Shown here in pieces: positions 1-11,317 of a stretch of DNA of 64,000 nt. The translations under genes and the position numbers were made by a program. Location: assembly GCA_025594325.1 (NCBI GenBank), contig JANHCV010000001.1:3286001-3350000 (forward strand). Direction: 5' to 3'. The notes below the pieces were generated by a model. The model worked only from the letters and a program-made list of their open reading frames with translations, was not told the origin of the DNA and made no database searches. The stretch is from Blastocladiella emersonii ATCC 22665. Taxonomy: Eukaryota > Fungi > Blastocladiomycota. How positions within the stretch are numbered: the stretch's first letter is position 1; each line of letters begins with the position of its first letter.

Positions 1-1843
1 ACCGGCGCTCCGTGAGGAACCGCACCAGCGCGCGCCGCGCTTCGGGGATCTCGGGGTACGGCCGCTTCGAGTCGAGGTGGTGCGTCTGCGGGGTCATGAG
101 CGGCGGCGGTGGTGGTGGCGCTGCTGCCGCTTCACCCTCGGATGACTGTGGCGTCGCGAGGTTGTCGTCCAGCGTGAACAGGAAGTAGGCGAGGACGGGC
201 TCGGGCGGGAGACACAGGTCGCGGAACGCGGCCATGGCGTCGTCAAACTGGCCGGCCTGGAACAGGTGGTGTGCGTAGGCGGTCTGGACGGTACACTGGT
301 GTGCCATTTTTTCGTCGAGCGGGAGCTCCGAGGCCTCGACGAGAACAATGGCGGCGTCAAACTCGGCGGCGTGGATGAGCCGCGCGAGCTGTGCGTCGAG
401 CGGGATCATGAGGAGGAAGGTGACAGGGCGCCCCGGCGACGCGTAGAAGAGGCCACCCATGGCCGCGACGGCGGCGCCCGCGGCCGAGGACGCGTGCGTG
501 ACGGCGAGCGTGGTGCATTTGGCCGGCACGTCAAAGGTCTGGACCGGCGCCTGCCCGACCTTAACCTGCAGCGCGGTCCGGGCGGCGTTGAGCCCGACGA
601 GGTACGGGCCGCAGCGCACGAGGTCGGCGAGCGGCGCGCCCCAGTCGAAGCGGGTCTTGATGCTGTCGTCGAGGCGGAGCACGTGCTGGTTGTTGAAGGC
701 GAGCAGCTCGGACCCGTAGGCCGCGATGCGCGTGATGGGCGTGCCCGAGAGGAGCGTGAACGAGGTGGCCGAGGATCCGGCGAACCACGAGTAGAGCGAG
801 ACAAACTCGCCCGTCTCGAGGGTCAGCACCGAGAGCTCCTTGGACGAGGCGATGGCGACGGTGGTGCCGTGGTTCATGAAGGTGATGCCGCGCACCGAGA
901 CGGGGACGGGATACTCTTTCTACACCACGTTGGTGGGGCGCGTTAGAGGAGACGGTGCATTTTGTTCGATCCTCGAGTAAAGCGTACCGTGGTTGGTGCG
1001 GCGCCATCGCGCGGAACCGTAGCGAGCACGACCTTCTTGTGGAACCCGAGAGCCAAGAGCAGCGGCTCATTGGGCGCCGATGGCGAGCACAGGTCAAACG
1101 AAGCGGGTGCGCGCACGTCCTGGAAGGTATGGACGAGCTCGAACGTGTCGAGGGTGTGCAGGCGGACGAAGCCATCTACGTCGTACGCGTGGTGTCAGCG
1201 ATGCGGCTTTGCTAACGATGGGTCGCTCCAGTCGCGTACCGACAATCGAGAAGAGCAGATTGGCCGATTCGGACACGCGCAGCGCGTCGACGGGCTTCTT
1301 GGCAAAGTCGGCAATCGTGTCGACCAGTACACACCAGTCGTCGGGCACGGAAGCCGCGGATCCCCTCTCCTCGGACTCAGCGCGTGGTAACGTCGAGGAG
1401 CGCGGCGATCCGGGTGGCGAGGAAGGTGGCTGCGGGTCGACGGCGGCGCTGGGTTCCGCAGGCACCGGCGGGACCGGGGGCGCGTCGCGGCGGCCAAACT
1501 TGGGCGAGCCGAGCGGCGACCCGATGGCGGACTGGAGGCGCGAGAGACCAGACCCGATGGACGGGAGGCGGCTGAGCGGGAGCGGCGGGAGCCCCACGCC
1601 CGAGGTCGACGCGTGGCTGCTGGAGCGCGGCAGCGGGGCCTCCTTGGCCAGGTCGTCGAGGATGGCGGTGACGGCGGGACGGCTGACGTGGTACATGAGC
1701 AGCGCGCCCTGTGCCGTGCCGGCGAAGAGGCGCGAGCCGTCGTGCGTTGTCGCGAGCGCCGTGACGGCAGCGGGCGGTGGCGCCGGCGCCGGAGCGCCCT
1801 CGGGGCCGGCGGCACAGGGTAGGACGTGAAAGGCCTTGTACAT
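1..1843 (-). CDS. CNH-domain vesicle-tethering subunit, Vam6/Vps39/TGFBRAP1 family (spliced; 3' part runs off the window's left edge)
   Basis: N-terminus MYKAFHVLP...VTALATTHDGSRLFAGTAQGALLMY and DFAKKPVDALRVSESANLLFSIV|DGFVRLHTL match the CNH propeller pattern. Removing short GT-AG introns (about 1179-1238 and 923-988) joins the frame to KEYPVPVSVRG... and later AYAHHLFQAGQFDDAM. Vps39 versus Vps3 is not resolved. Confidence 0.75.
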
Positions 1844-2080
1844 GAGATAACGTTGCAGTTGCTGGAGCGGGGAGGAGAGAGAGCGCGGACCGCCCGCGCG
1901 TCGTGACCACGCGTCTCAGCGAAGGTTGGCGCGCTGCGACGTGCGCTGCGACGCGTTCCCTCGAGCTCGGAGCGATGACTGCGCTCCTCAGCTCTCTGTC
2001 CCCTGCCACCAATGGAACCACATGCATCGCAGTAACTAGGAGCAATCAACTTGACCTGACCCTGACAACGCACATCCACC

Positions 2081-4024
2081 ATGCCTGTCCCCGCAAGCTT
2101 GACAGGCGCGGCGACCACGCTGACGTTCGGCGCGACGGGCGTCTTCGTCGTTCTGTCGTACATCATTGTGCGGAGCTTCGCCGACCCGCGGGAACGCGAG
2201 CCGCTCATCTCGGTCACCACCGTCTTCGGCATGACGCTGGCCCTCGTCGTCGCCGCCTGCACCCTGCCCGTCGACGTGTTGCTCGTGTCCGCGTCCTCGG
2301 ACCTGTCGCTCGGCGTCAAGAAGCCGTGGGCCGACCCGGCGACGCTGGCTGGCATGGCCGACAACATGGGCTGGCTGTACGACGCGAGCTTCTTCGTGTT
2401 GTTCCTGTTCTGCTTCCTCGCAGTCCCCTTCGCGTACTTTTTCTTCGAGGAGTACGACGAGCAGCAGTCGCTGTCCAAGGTACACACACGACTTGCTCGG
2501 CACCTTGACGGTTCAAGCTCTAATCCCGATGAATGTAGCGACTCAGCGCCGCGACACGCATGACGCTGGCCACGGCCATCATCCTCACGGTCCTCCTCAT
2601 GTGCGGCCTGCTGATGAAGCCGTCGCAGATTCCGGCGGGGACGCCCATCGACTTTGATTTCGTCAAGCGCGCGCTCCTCGGCGGCGGTACGGTGGCCGCA
2701 CACGACTTGCTTAGTGGCCATTAGGTGACACTCTTGCGCTACTACTAGGGCTCGAGACGGCGCTCCTCTTCGTGCTCGGCGTCTCCATGATGATCGGCAC
2801 CTGCGTCTTCCTGGTCTACACGGCGACGGGCCTGTTCCTCTTCCCGATCCACATGCTCAAGCCGATGCAGTCGTTCGACCACGAGATGCGCACGCTGTCG
2901 CGCGAGCTGTCCGAGGTGCAGTCGGCGCTCGAGAACATGCTCATCGAGTTCCCCGACGCCGCCGCCATGACCATGCGCGACCAGCGCAAGCTCGAGCGCC
3001 TGCGCGAGTCGGAGCGCTTCATCCAGCGCAAGCTCGAGCGCGTCCGCGCCGGCCAGCCGCGCTTCTGCTCGCCCGTGTGCAACTTTGTCGCGATCCCCGT
3101 CAAGGTCGCGTGTCTCGCGCTCTCCGTGTGCATCTTGATTGCAATCATCAGTACCATGTACGCGCCACCCCCGCGCTACTGACTTATGACGCGCGCGCTG
3201 ACCTTTTGATTGCGACTCCAGCATGACGACCCCGCCGGCGTGCCCCAACTGCCCGCGCCTCGTCCTGCCCATCAGCAGCCCGGCCAACCCGGTCGACGGC
3301 CTCCTCGCGCTGCTCGCGCGCGCGTACCCGCTCGACCACATCCTGTTCGCGCTCATCATGGTCTACCTCCTCGCCTGCACGTTCCACGCAGTGCGCGCCC
3401 TCGGCGTGCGCGTGCTCTGGGTCAAGATGTTCACGCTGCGCCCCGGGCGCACCATGCCCCAGGGCCTGCTGCTCGCCAGCGTGTTCATGGTCCTCACGCT
3501 GCTTTCGCTCATGTGGGAGATGACGGGCGTGATCGCGCCGCACTACGCGACGTGGGGCTCCCAGCGCTACGTACGCGGGCTTCGCACGAGCCGAGGGCGG
3601 AGGGTGACAAGCTAACGAAACGCGGCGCGTAGTGTCCATCAGCGAACCCGGCCGACTGCGCCGCGAACCGGTCGCTCGTCAAGTTCTGCGACCTCCGCGC
3701 GCCGACCGGTACGCCTCCCCGCTCCCGCTCCCCTCACTCGTCCTTCACCAACTCAACATTCGCCCGTATCTAGCCCTGTGCACGCCGACCGTGATTTCGC
3801 TCCTCCTCGCGCGCATCGCGCTGACGATCCCCGTGTTCTCGACCGTCTTCTACTACGTCCAGTACGCGGCCGTCGCTGTGGCCCTACTCGCACTCGCGTA
3901 CGCGGTCGTGTCGGCGCGCCGGTCGCGTGCCGCCGACCTGCAGGAGGACGATTCGGACTCGGACGAGGAGGAGGCCGCCGGCGAGCGGTCGCGGCTTCTT
4001 TGGGGAGGGAGTCGGAGAGAGTAG
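2081..4024 (+). CDS. LMBRD1: LMBR1-domain membrane protein, LMBRD1-like (probable lysosomal cobalamin transporter), multi-exon
   Basis: REPLISVTTVFGMTLALVVAACTLPVDVLLVS...KPWAD...FLAVPFAYFFFEEYD matches the LMBRD1 N-terminus. Later exons give TGLFLFPI, NPVD, YPLDHILF, APHYATWGSQRY and TIPVFSTVFYY. Confidence 0.85.
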
Positions 4025-4102
4025 GTTCACAAAAACGATAGTACATTCTCCTCGCCGCGGAACACGCGCGGCGCTGCAGTTCTTTTTGAATTCCCTATTC
4101 GT

Positions 4103-5563
4103 CTACAGCTTGCTCGGGATCTTGCCCGCCTTGATGGCGTCGTACCGGCGGAGCTCGAGGCGGCCGAGCTGCTGCGTGTGGACCTCGTCGGGGCCTGGTT
4201 GGGAGGGAGAACGGGTCAGTCGCGGTCGAAAACAATCGAGAGGTGGACTAGGTACCATCGGCGATGCGTAGGGTGCGGAGGCCCGCGTAAAACTTGGCGA
4301 GGACAAAGTCCTGCGACACGCCGGCCGCGCCGAACAGCTGGATGGCTACACCGTCGTCACGAACGTCAGTCCCGCGGTCGTGGCCTCGAACCAGAACGAA
4401 AACGGACCCATGTCGAGCACCTCGCACGCGACGTTGGGCACGACGACCTTGATCATGGCAATCTCCTTGAGCGCGCCCTTAGCGCCGGCGCGGTCGATGG
4501 CGTCGGCCGTGTACCAGACGAGGAGGCGCGCCTGGTCGAGCTTCATGCGCGAGTCGGCGAGGTACTTGCGGATGACGCCGTGCTCGCTGAGCGGGCGGCC
4601 GAACGTGGCGCCGCGCTCGCGCATGCGCTGGACCGTCATGTCCATGGCGCGCTCGGCCATGCCGAGGGCACGGCAGCAGTGGTGGATGCGGCCGGGCCCG
4701 AGGCGGCCCTGGATGACCTCGAACCCGCGGCCCTCGCCGAGGACGAGCGCATTGTGCGCGGGCACGCGCACGTTGTCGAAGACGACCTCGAAGTGGCCGT
4801 GGTTGGCGTCGTCGTACCCGAACACGTGGCACGGGCGCACGATCTGGATGCCGGGGGTGCCCGCGGGGACCAGCACAATCGAGTGCTGGCGGTGCTTGGG
4901 CTGGGCCGGGTTGCGCGTGGTGCCGAGCACGATCCACAGCTTGAGCGCCGGGTGGCCGACGCCCGAGATGTAGTACTTGTGGCCGCGCACCACGTACTCG
5001 TCGCCGTCGCGGTCGATGGTGGTCTCAATGTTGAGCGCGTCCGACGACGCCACGTTGCGCTCGGTCATGGCAAACGCGCTGCGGATCGTGCCGTCGAGCA
5101 GCGGCTCGAGCCACCGCTTCTTCTGCGCGGGGTTGCCGTACTTGGCGAGCACCTCCATGTTGCCCGTGTCGGGGGCGGCGCAGTTGGTCGCCTCGGGCGC
5201 AATCGACGGCGACCGGCCCGTCAGCTCGGCGATGCACGCGTACTCGAGGTTGGTCAGGCCGGCGCCCTCGGGGTAGTCGCGCGGCAGGAACAGGTTCCAC
5301 AGGCCAAGCGACCGCGCCCGCGCCTTGAGCGTCTCCATGACCGCGGGCTGCGTCGCCCACCGCTGCGCGCCCGTCCCGAGCTGCTGCTCGTACAGCTCCT
5401 CGGCGGGGATGCACTCGTTCTACTCATCGCACGAGCGTGAGCGGCGGCGAACCGCGGATGAGGGCGGTGCGAGGCGCCAGGGTACCTCGACAAAGTCGCG
5501 CATCTTGTTGTAGAGGTCGCGCGCACGCGGCGACAGGTTGGCGAGAGCATTCATGGAAGTCAT
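4103..5563 (-). CDS. Acyl-CoA dehydrogenase (ACAD10/11-IBR3-like ACAD module), spliced
   Basis: ARSLGLWNLFLP, NCAAPDTGNMEVL, SAFAMTERNVASSDALNI, QGRLGPGRIHHC and a terminal RTLRIA|DGPDEVH are typical of this subfamily. Confidence 0.9.
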
Positions 5564-5811
5564 TTTTTGATGAGCGGGTTCTCGTCTGCGGGAGAGCGGG
5601 GACTCGCGGCGAGGGCGGCCGGGACTTTGACGCGTGCCGGGCGACGCGACGAACTCTGCGCCCGGCCCGCGTTTTCCGAACTGGGCCGGACCTGACCTCA
5701 TCGTCCACGCCTGTCGGTCCTGCAAGACGAGCACGCTGGCGGATACAAGCAAGATGGCTAACATGTATTCGATATTCACAGGGCAATGACGCGGCGCGAC
5801 GGGACAACACC

Positions 5812-7416
5812 TCACAGCTTGCCCGCCTGATGCGGGACCGTGACCTGGCCGACGGGCCACGGCTTGCGCAGGATCGCGGCGACGGCGCTGGCCGAGGCCT
5901 CGCGCGAGTGGACGACGCGGCGCGGGAGCGAGTCGAGGTCGCGGAGCTGGGGCGGGACGAAGGCGGCGTGGAGGTCAGCGTCCGCCGCGGTCTTGGGGAA
6001 CCGGCCCGACACGCGCAGCCCGTCGCACACAGCCTCGCCAAACTTGCCCGGGTGCGCCGTGGCGAGGCAGATGAACACGGGCCGCGCGGCGGGGGACTCG
6101 CACGTGGCGAGGGCGCCGCCGTGCGCCTCGGCCGCGCGCACGCCGACCGCCGTGTGCGGGTCGAGCACGTAGCCCGTGGCCGTGTAGTAGCGGGCGATGG
6201 TGTCGACGATCTCCGGGTCCGAGACGCGGTGCGACGCGAGGCCGGCGCGCGCACGGTCGAGCGCCGCGGGCGGGACCGTGAATCCGCCGTCGGTCTTGAG
6301 CGCGTCCATGCGCGTGCGCACCGCGTCCGCGTCGCCGGCGAGCCAGCCGAGCAGCGCGCGCTCGAAATTGGACGCGACCGTGATGTCCATGGCCGGGCTG
6401 ATGGTGGCCTGGGCCTCGACGGCAGAGGCGGGCGCCGCGCCCGTCGGCCGCCATGCCGGGTCGGGCGAGTAGATGCCCGAGGACAGGAACCGGTGCAGGA
6501 TGTCGTTCTCGTTGGTGGCGACGATGAGCTTGTGGATGGGCAGGCCCATGAGCGAGGCGTAGTGGCCGGCGAGCACGTCGCCGAAATTGCCCGAGGGGAC
6601 CGAGTAGGCGATGGGCACGCCCTCGCCGCGGGCCTGCTCGGTGCGCAGGAACGAGAAGACGTAGTAGGAGATCTGGGCGAGGATGCGGGCAAAGTTGATC
6701 GAGTTGACGGCGGCGAGGTGGAACTCGGCGCGCATGGCCGGGTCGTTGAACATGGCCTTGACCACGGCCTGGCAGTCGTCAAAGGTGCCGTCGACGGCCA
6801 CGTTGCACACGTTCTCGTCGAGGACCGACGTCATCTGGGCCTCCTGCACGGGCGACACCTTGCCGCGCGGGTGGAGGATGCACACGCGCACGCCGGCCTT
6901 GCCGCGGAGCCCGTCGATGGCGGCGGACCCCGTGTCGCCCGACGTGGCGCCGACCACGTTGACCGCCTTGCCCTGGGCCGACGCCGCGGCGCTGCCGTCG
7001 CGCGCGAGCAGGTACTCGAACAGGTTGCCGAGGAACTGCAGCGCCACGTCCTTGAAGGCGAAGGTCGGCCCGTGGAACAGCTCGAGGATGTCGACGACCT
7101 CGGCGGCGGTGCGCGTGTCGCGCAGGGTGCGCAGCGGGGCCACGTCGACGGACCGGAACCGCGACTTGAGCCCAAACGACTTTTCGGCGAGCGCGCGCAG
7201 GTCCGCGTGCGGCACGTCCGCGTCGTCGACGAACAGCGTGAACAGGTCGCCCGCGAGCTCGGCAAACGACAGGTGCGCCCACCGCACGCGCCAGTCGGCG
7301 GGCAGCGCCGGCAGCGCCTTGGGCACGTACAGCCCGCCGTCGGGCGCGAGCCCCGCGAGCACGGCGGCCGAGAAGGGCAGGGCGGGCGACTGGCCGCGGG
7401 TCGAAATGTACTGCAT
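5812..7416 (-). CDS. THR4: Threonine synthase (fungal/gammaproteobacterial type), single exon, 534 aa
   Basis: MQYISTRG, GLAPDGGLYVP, LELFHGPTFAFKDVALQ (PLP lysine), ATSGDTGSAA, VNSINFARILAQ, PSGNFGD, PAMDI, DPHTAVG, LATAHPGKF. Confidence 0.97.
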   Translation of the reverse strand: MQYISTRGQSPALPFSAAVLAGLAPDGGLYVPKALPALPADWRVRWAHLSFAELAGDLFTLFVDDADVPHADLRALAEKSFGLKSRFRSVDVAPLRTLRDTRTAAEVVDILELFHGPTFAFKDVALQFLGNLFEYLLARDGSAAASAQGKAVNVVGATSGDTGSAAIDGLRGKAGVRVCILHPRGKVSPVQEAQMTSVLDENVCNVAVDGTFDDCQAVVKAMFNDPAMRAEFHLAAVNSINFARILAQISYYVFSFLRTEQARGEGVPIAYSVPSGNFGDVLAGHYASLMGLPIHKLIVATNENDILHRFLSSGIYSPDPAWRPTGAAPASAVEAQATISPAMDITVASNFERALLGWLAGDADAVRTRMDALKTDGGFTVPPAALDRARAGLASHRVSDPEIVDTIARYYTATGYVLDPHTAVGVRAAEAHGGALATCESPAARPVFICLATAHPGKFGEAVCDGLRVSGRFPKTAADADLHAAFVPPQLRDLDSLPRRVVHSREASASAVAAILRKPWPVGQVTVPHQAGKL

Positions 7417-7478
7417 GGCTGGAGGATCTGCTGCGTAGCGTTGGTTGGGGAGAGAGAGCGGATCGCGGGCGACGGGCC

Positions 7479-7486
7479 TTTATATA
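7479..7486 (-). promoter_or_regulatory. TATA-like box (TATATAAA) upstream of THR4
   Basis: AT-rich octamer in GC-rich DNA, about 63 bp upstream of the THR4 ATG. Confidence 0.4.
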
Positions 7487-7825
7487 CCCTCGCAGATTAT
7501 CAGCAGCGGCCGTGGTTGAAAGCGGACACGGCGGCAGCGCAGCCGAGGCGCGACGCGACGTGTGGCGCGTGAACGTGACTCAGGTCAGCCGCCGCAGCCC
7601 ACGTGCTGCGGCAATTCTGGTTTCCCATCTTGATTTCGAGCTTGCTCGCCGCACGTTCCCGCTCTCGCAAACTATCTGCCACGAATCAACAATTCAACTT
7701 TGAACCGGCTCGACGCGTCGCCTTTCCTTTGCCACCGCCACCTCCGCGAGCACAACCTCCGTCCCGCCGATCCTCTCCCCCCTCCGCCGCCAACAACAAG
7801 AACCCCTCGAGTCGCCGACGCCACC

Positions 7826-8473
7826 ATGTTCTCCGGCGCCGCCACGAAAAAGTCAAAGGCGTTTGACGGCGCCGACAACTACTCACGCCCGCAGCACACG
7901 GTCCTGCCCATGGAGGTCCAGAGCGGGCTCGTCACGGGCCCCATGCTCGCCCGCAAGGTAACTTGATGCTCTTCCGCCTCGCGGTGCCTCGCGGTGGCGG
8001 CGAGGGTCGAGGGTTGCGGGCGGCGATCCGCGTTGTCGTGCTCCTCCCCTCCGCCACCATCCCGCCTCGCCCGTCCTCCAAGTGCGAGCCACTCATCGCC
8101 TCCGTGGCGGTTTCTCTTCCCTGCCATGTAGCGGTTCTTTGAGGGCCAGGAGCGCATGAAGAAGCAGATGGAGGTCAACGCGGCCGCCGCGGCCGGCGTC
8201 GTGGCCCCCACGGCCTACGCCCCGTTCGGCGGCAGCCCGTTCGGCGGCGCTCCGCAGCCGACCGGGTTCGGCATGCCCCAGCACCCGCACCAGCAGTTCC
8301 AGCAGCAGGCCCAGCAGCAGCAGCAGCAGCAGTTTGCGAGCCCGTTCCACCAGGCGCCCGCCGCGCCAGTACCGGTCGCCGCCCCGGCCCCCGGCATGTC
8401 CATGGGCATGGGCGGCGGGTTCCGCATGAACTCGGCCTTCAACCCGCGCAAGCGCAGCCACGAGGATGAGTAA
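7826..8473 (+). CDS. Small uncharacterised protein, two exons (7826-7957, 8131-8473), Gln/Pro/Gly-rich C-terminus
   Basis: Kozak-like gccaccATG. The GTAACT...TAG intron joins ...PMLARK to RFFEGQERMKKQ in frame. Codons are GC3-biased. The C-terminus contains a basic RKRS stretch. Confidence 0.55.
8312..8332 (+). repeat. (CAG)7 coding microsatellite (polyQ)
   Basis: Seven perfect CAG units. Confidence 0.9.
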
Positions 8474-8933
8474 CCGACAGTCCTCGCGCTCTCGTCTACA
8501 ACACCCCCTCCGCCGCGACGAGCCGCGTGCGCCCGCTCTCGCCGCCCGCCCGCCCGCCCTGCCCCTCCCGCCGCCTATTTATTTATATGATTCCTCCCCA
8601 GCACCCGCACCCGCACCCGCACCGGGTCCCTCGTTCGCCCCGCCAGTTTGTACAGTTCGTTCTTTCCCCCACGTTTTTGCTCCCTCTCGCTCCGCGCTCG
8701 CACGCGCGCCGATCCGCAGTCGCGTCCGTCACGCTCGCGCCAGGCGACGATTATACACGATTCCCCTCGCGCTTGCCCCGAGTCTCCGCGCGCTTGGAAC
8801 GCTTAGATCGTGAGCTACGAGGCACACGCGCGGGCGGGCGGAGGAACGTGAGCCAAGGCGCCGTCGGCCGCGGCGCGTGGTTCGCGCTCCCGCTCCCCTT
8901 CACCGCCGCGCTCGCTCGTTGACCGCGGCCAGC

Positions 8934-10971
8934 ATGGCGCGCCGACGCGTCTCAACTCTGCTCGTCGCCACCGTTGCTACGCTATCGACTCTGCTGCTCG
9001 CCCTACTTGGTGCACTCGCCCCCGCCAGCGCCTCCCTGACGCTTACGCCCGATAAACCATCGCCGCCGCTCGGATCCGGCTCGCTGCTCCTCGCCTACGC
9101 CCTCCTGCGCGCCCTCCCGCAGTCGCCGCGCCCGCTGCCCGACTCGTGCCCGTGGACCCTCGCCCGCCGCCACCTCGACGGCGCCGCTGCCTGTGCCTGC
9201 GCCGACGCCGCGAGCGCCACTTCCAACGACAGCCATCTGACTCTGACCGCCGCTGCTGCTGCGAGCCTGGCCGGCGTGGACCCTCGCCCGCCGCCGCCGC
9301 TCCCTCTCTCGGAGCTCCACCCCATGTCGTCGTGTCTGTGCCTGCGCCCGCGACCGCACAAGACGCCCGCCGCCGCTGCGACCGCTTCCTCTGCTGCCAC
9401 CAAGCTCGTCGCACACGGAGGCCGCTTCCAGCGCGACGTCTCGCCGCCGCCACCCGCATCGTCGTCCGCTGCTGCTGCTGCCGCTGCCGAGGGCATCCCG
9501 CGGCACCAGTCCGAGTCCAACGCTCAGCTCACGCTCGACACCTCGGGCCACCACCACGCGCACGCCACCATGGCGCCGCCCAACACGCTCCGCCTGCTCA
9601 CGTACAACTTTTTCCTGCGCCCGCCGCTCATCTCCGACGTACGTCTGTGCTGTGGGTGTTGGGGATTCAGCGAACGTGTACGCGGCGCGGGTGGCGTTCG
9701 ACTCGGCCACCCACCCCGCCCCGTTGTTCTCGGCGCGTGTCGTCGCGTCGCGTCGCGCCGTGCACCGTTTCGCCGCCGACATCCCTCACGCCGAATCCTG
9801 CCGCTCACCACCCCATGCGTAGTACAATGGCGACAGCAAGGAGGAGCGGCTGGCCGGGTTCATCGAGCACGTGCTGCCGCAGTACGACGTGATCGCGATG
9901 CAGGAGACCTTCACGGGGTACTCGTCGCGCGTGTCGCGGCTCGAGCACGCGGCCAAGCAGGCGGGCTACGTGGCGCACGTCCGCGGGCCCGCCGGGTCTA
10001 TGGTGCGCGGCCACCTGCTCGACGCGGGCCTGCTCGTCCTGTCGCGATGGCCGATCCGCGCGCGGGCCAAGATCACGTATGCGCGCGGCGTCACGGTCGA
10101 CCGGCTCGCGTCCAAGGGCGCCACCTACTCGCTGCACGTCCACCCGGACCAGCCCAACGTCCGCCTCCACCTGTTCAACACCCACCTCCAGGCCAGCTAC
10201 TCGACGGCCCCCGCTATCGACGACCCGAGCGTCGTGTGCCGCACCGACCAGGTCCGCGAGCTCGCCGACTTTGTCCATGCCCAGCTCACGGAGAACTGGG
10301 CCGGCCCGCTCCCGCACGCCGCCCGGTCCGCTGCGTCCGCGTCGGGCCCGGTCCCGCGTGCCGTGATCCCCGAGAACGTGCCGCTGCCGCCGTCGCCCAT
10401 CAAGTCGCCCGACCTGGCCGCCGTCGCGGCCGATATCCCGCTGCCCGCGTCTCCCGCGCGCGACCGCGCCGCATCTTCCTCCTCGAGCGGTACAGACACC
10501 GCCACCAAGCCGGCGGCGTACGACCTGGTCCTCGTGTGCGGCGATCTCAACGTCAACTCGATGCAGTCCGGGCGCGAGGAGTACACGCAGCTGCTGCGGA
10601 TCCTGGAGCGCGACGGGCAATTCAAGGTGACGGACCTGCTCGACGCGCAGGGCAAGGAGGACTACACGCAGCTCCCCTGGGTGTGGTTCAGCCAGCGCCG
10701 CCGCGAGGTCAACGCCGACGTGTACAAGCGCGAGGGCGGGCGGCTCGACTACATTCTCCTCGTCGAGCCGCGCGCCGAGACCGCGCACGCGATCGAGACG
10801 CGCATCGATAAGTGCGACGTCGCGCATCCCGACTTTTTCCAGCTCTCGGGTACGGTTTCTTCGTGGACGCGACGCGGCGTGATGGTGAGTGGGACACTGA
10901 CTCGTTCGCGCGTGCGATGTGTAGACCACATGGGCGTCGCGGCGCAAGTGACGCTGCCCAAGCTGTCCTGA
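8934..10971 (+). CDS. Endonuclease/exonuclease/phosphatase-fold enzyme, neutral sphingomyelinase/ISC1-like; start at 8934 or 9570
   Basis: LRLLTYNFFLRPP, YDVIAMQETF, DAGLLVLSRWPI, LFNTHLQA, VLVCGDLNVN and RLDYILL are present. Splicing the 75-nt intron at 10850-10924 restores the catalytic LSDH motif. Confidence 0.8.
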
Positions 10972-11317
10972 GCCGCCGTGTGACTCGGCCCTGTTCCTCA
11001 TTCATTCCTTGTATATTTCGCTCACTACAGTCACTTCCCGGCCGGCCAGATGAGTCGCGCGCGCGAGAGACCGAGTCGGAGGGTGGCACAGCACAGGCGC
11101 GCGCTGCAACGCGTCGCGAGAACTGCCTGCGGCATCGGCGTCATGTGACGGCGAGTCACGCGGGTCTGATCTCGGACGCCCAAGCCGCCCTCGCGGTTTG
11201 GCCCTTTTTCATCGCCCCGTCGCCGCCGTTGCGTTCGTCTCGCCTCGCCAAACTCACGCTCTCTCTCTCTCCTGCGGACGTGAGCTTTGAATCAAACCTC
11301 CACCACCACACCGCACC

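Noticed and set aside
8600-8625. (GCACCC)n short tandem repeat
   Set aside because: It is an ordinary four-unit intergenic or UTR microsatellite with no further structure.
10850-10924. Stop-free 3n introns read through by the ORF track (also in THS1, Nox and CAF16)
   Set aside because: This is expected for short GC-rich introns. Splicing is needed to restore conserved motifs such as SDH and ENF, so there is no evidence for functional retention.
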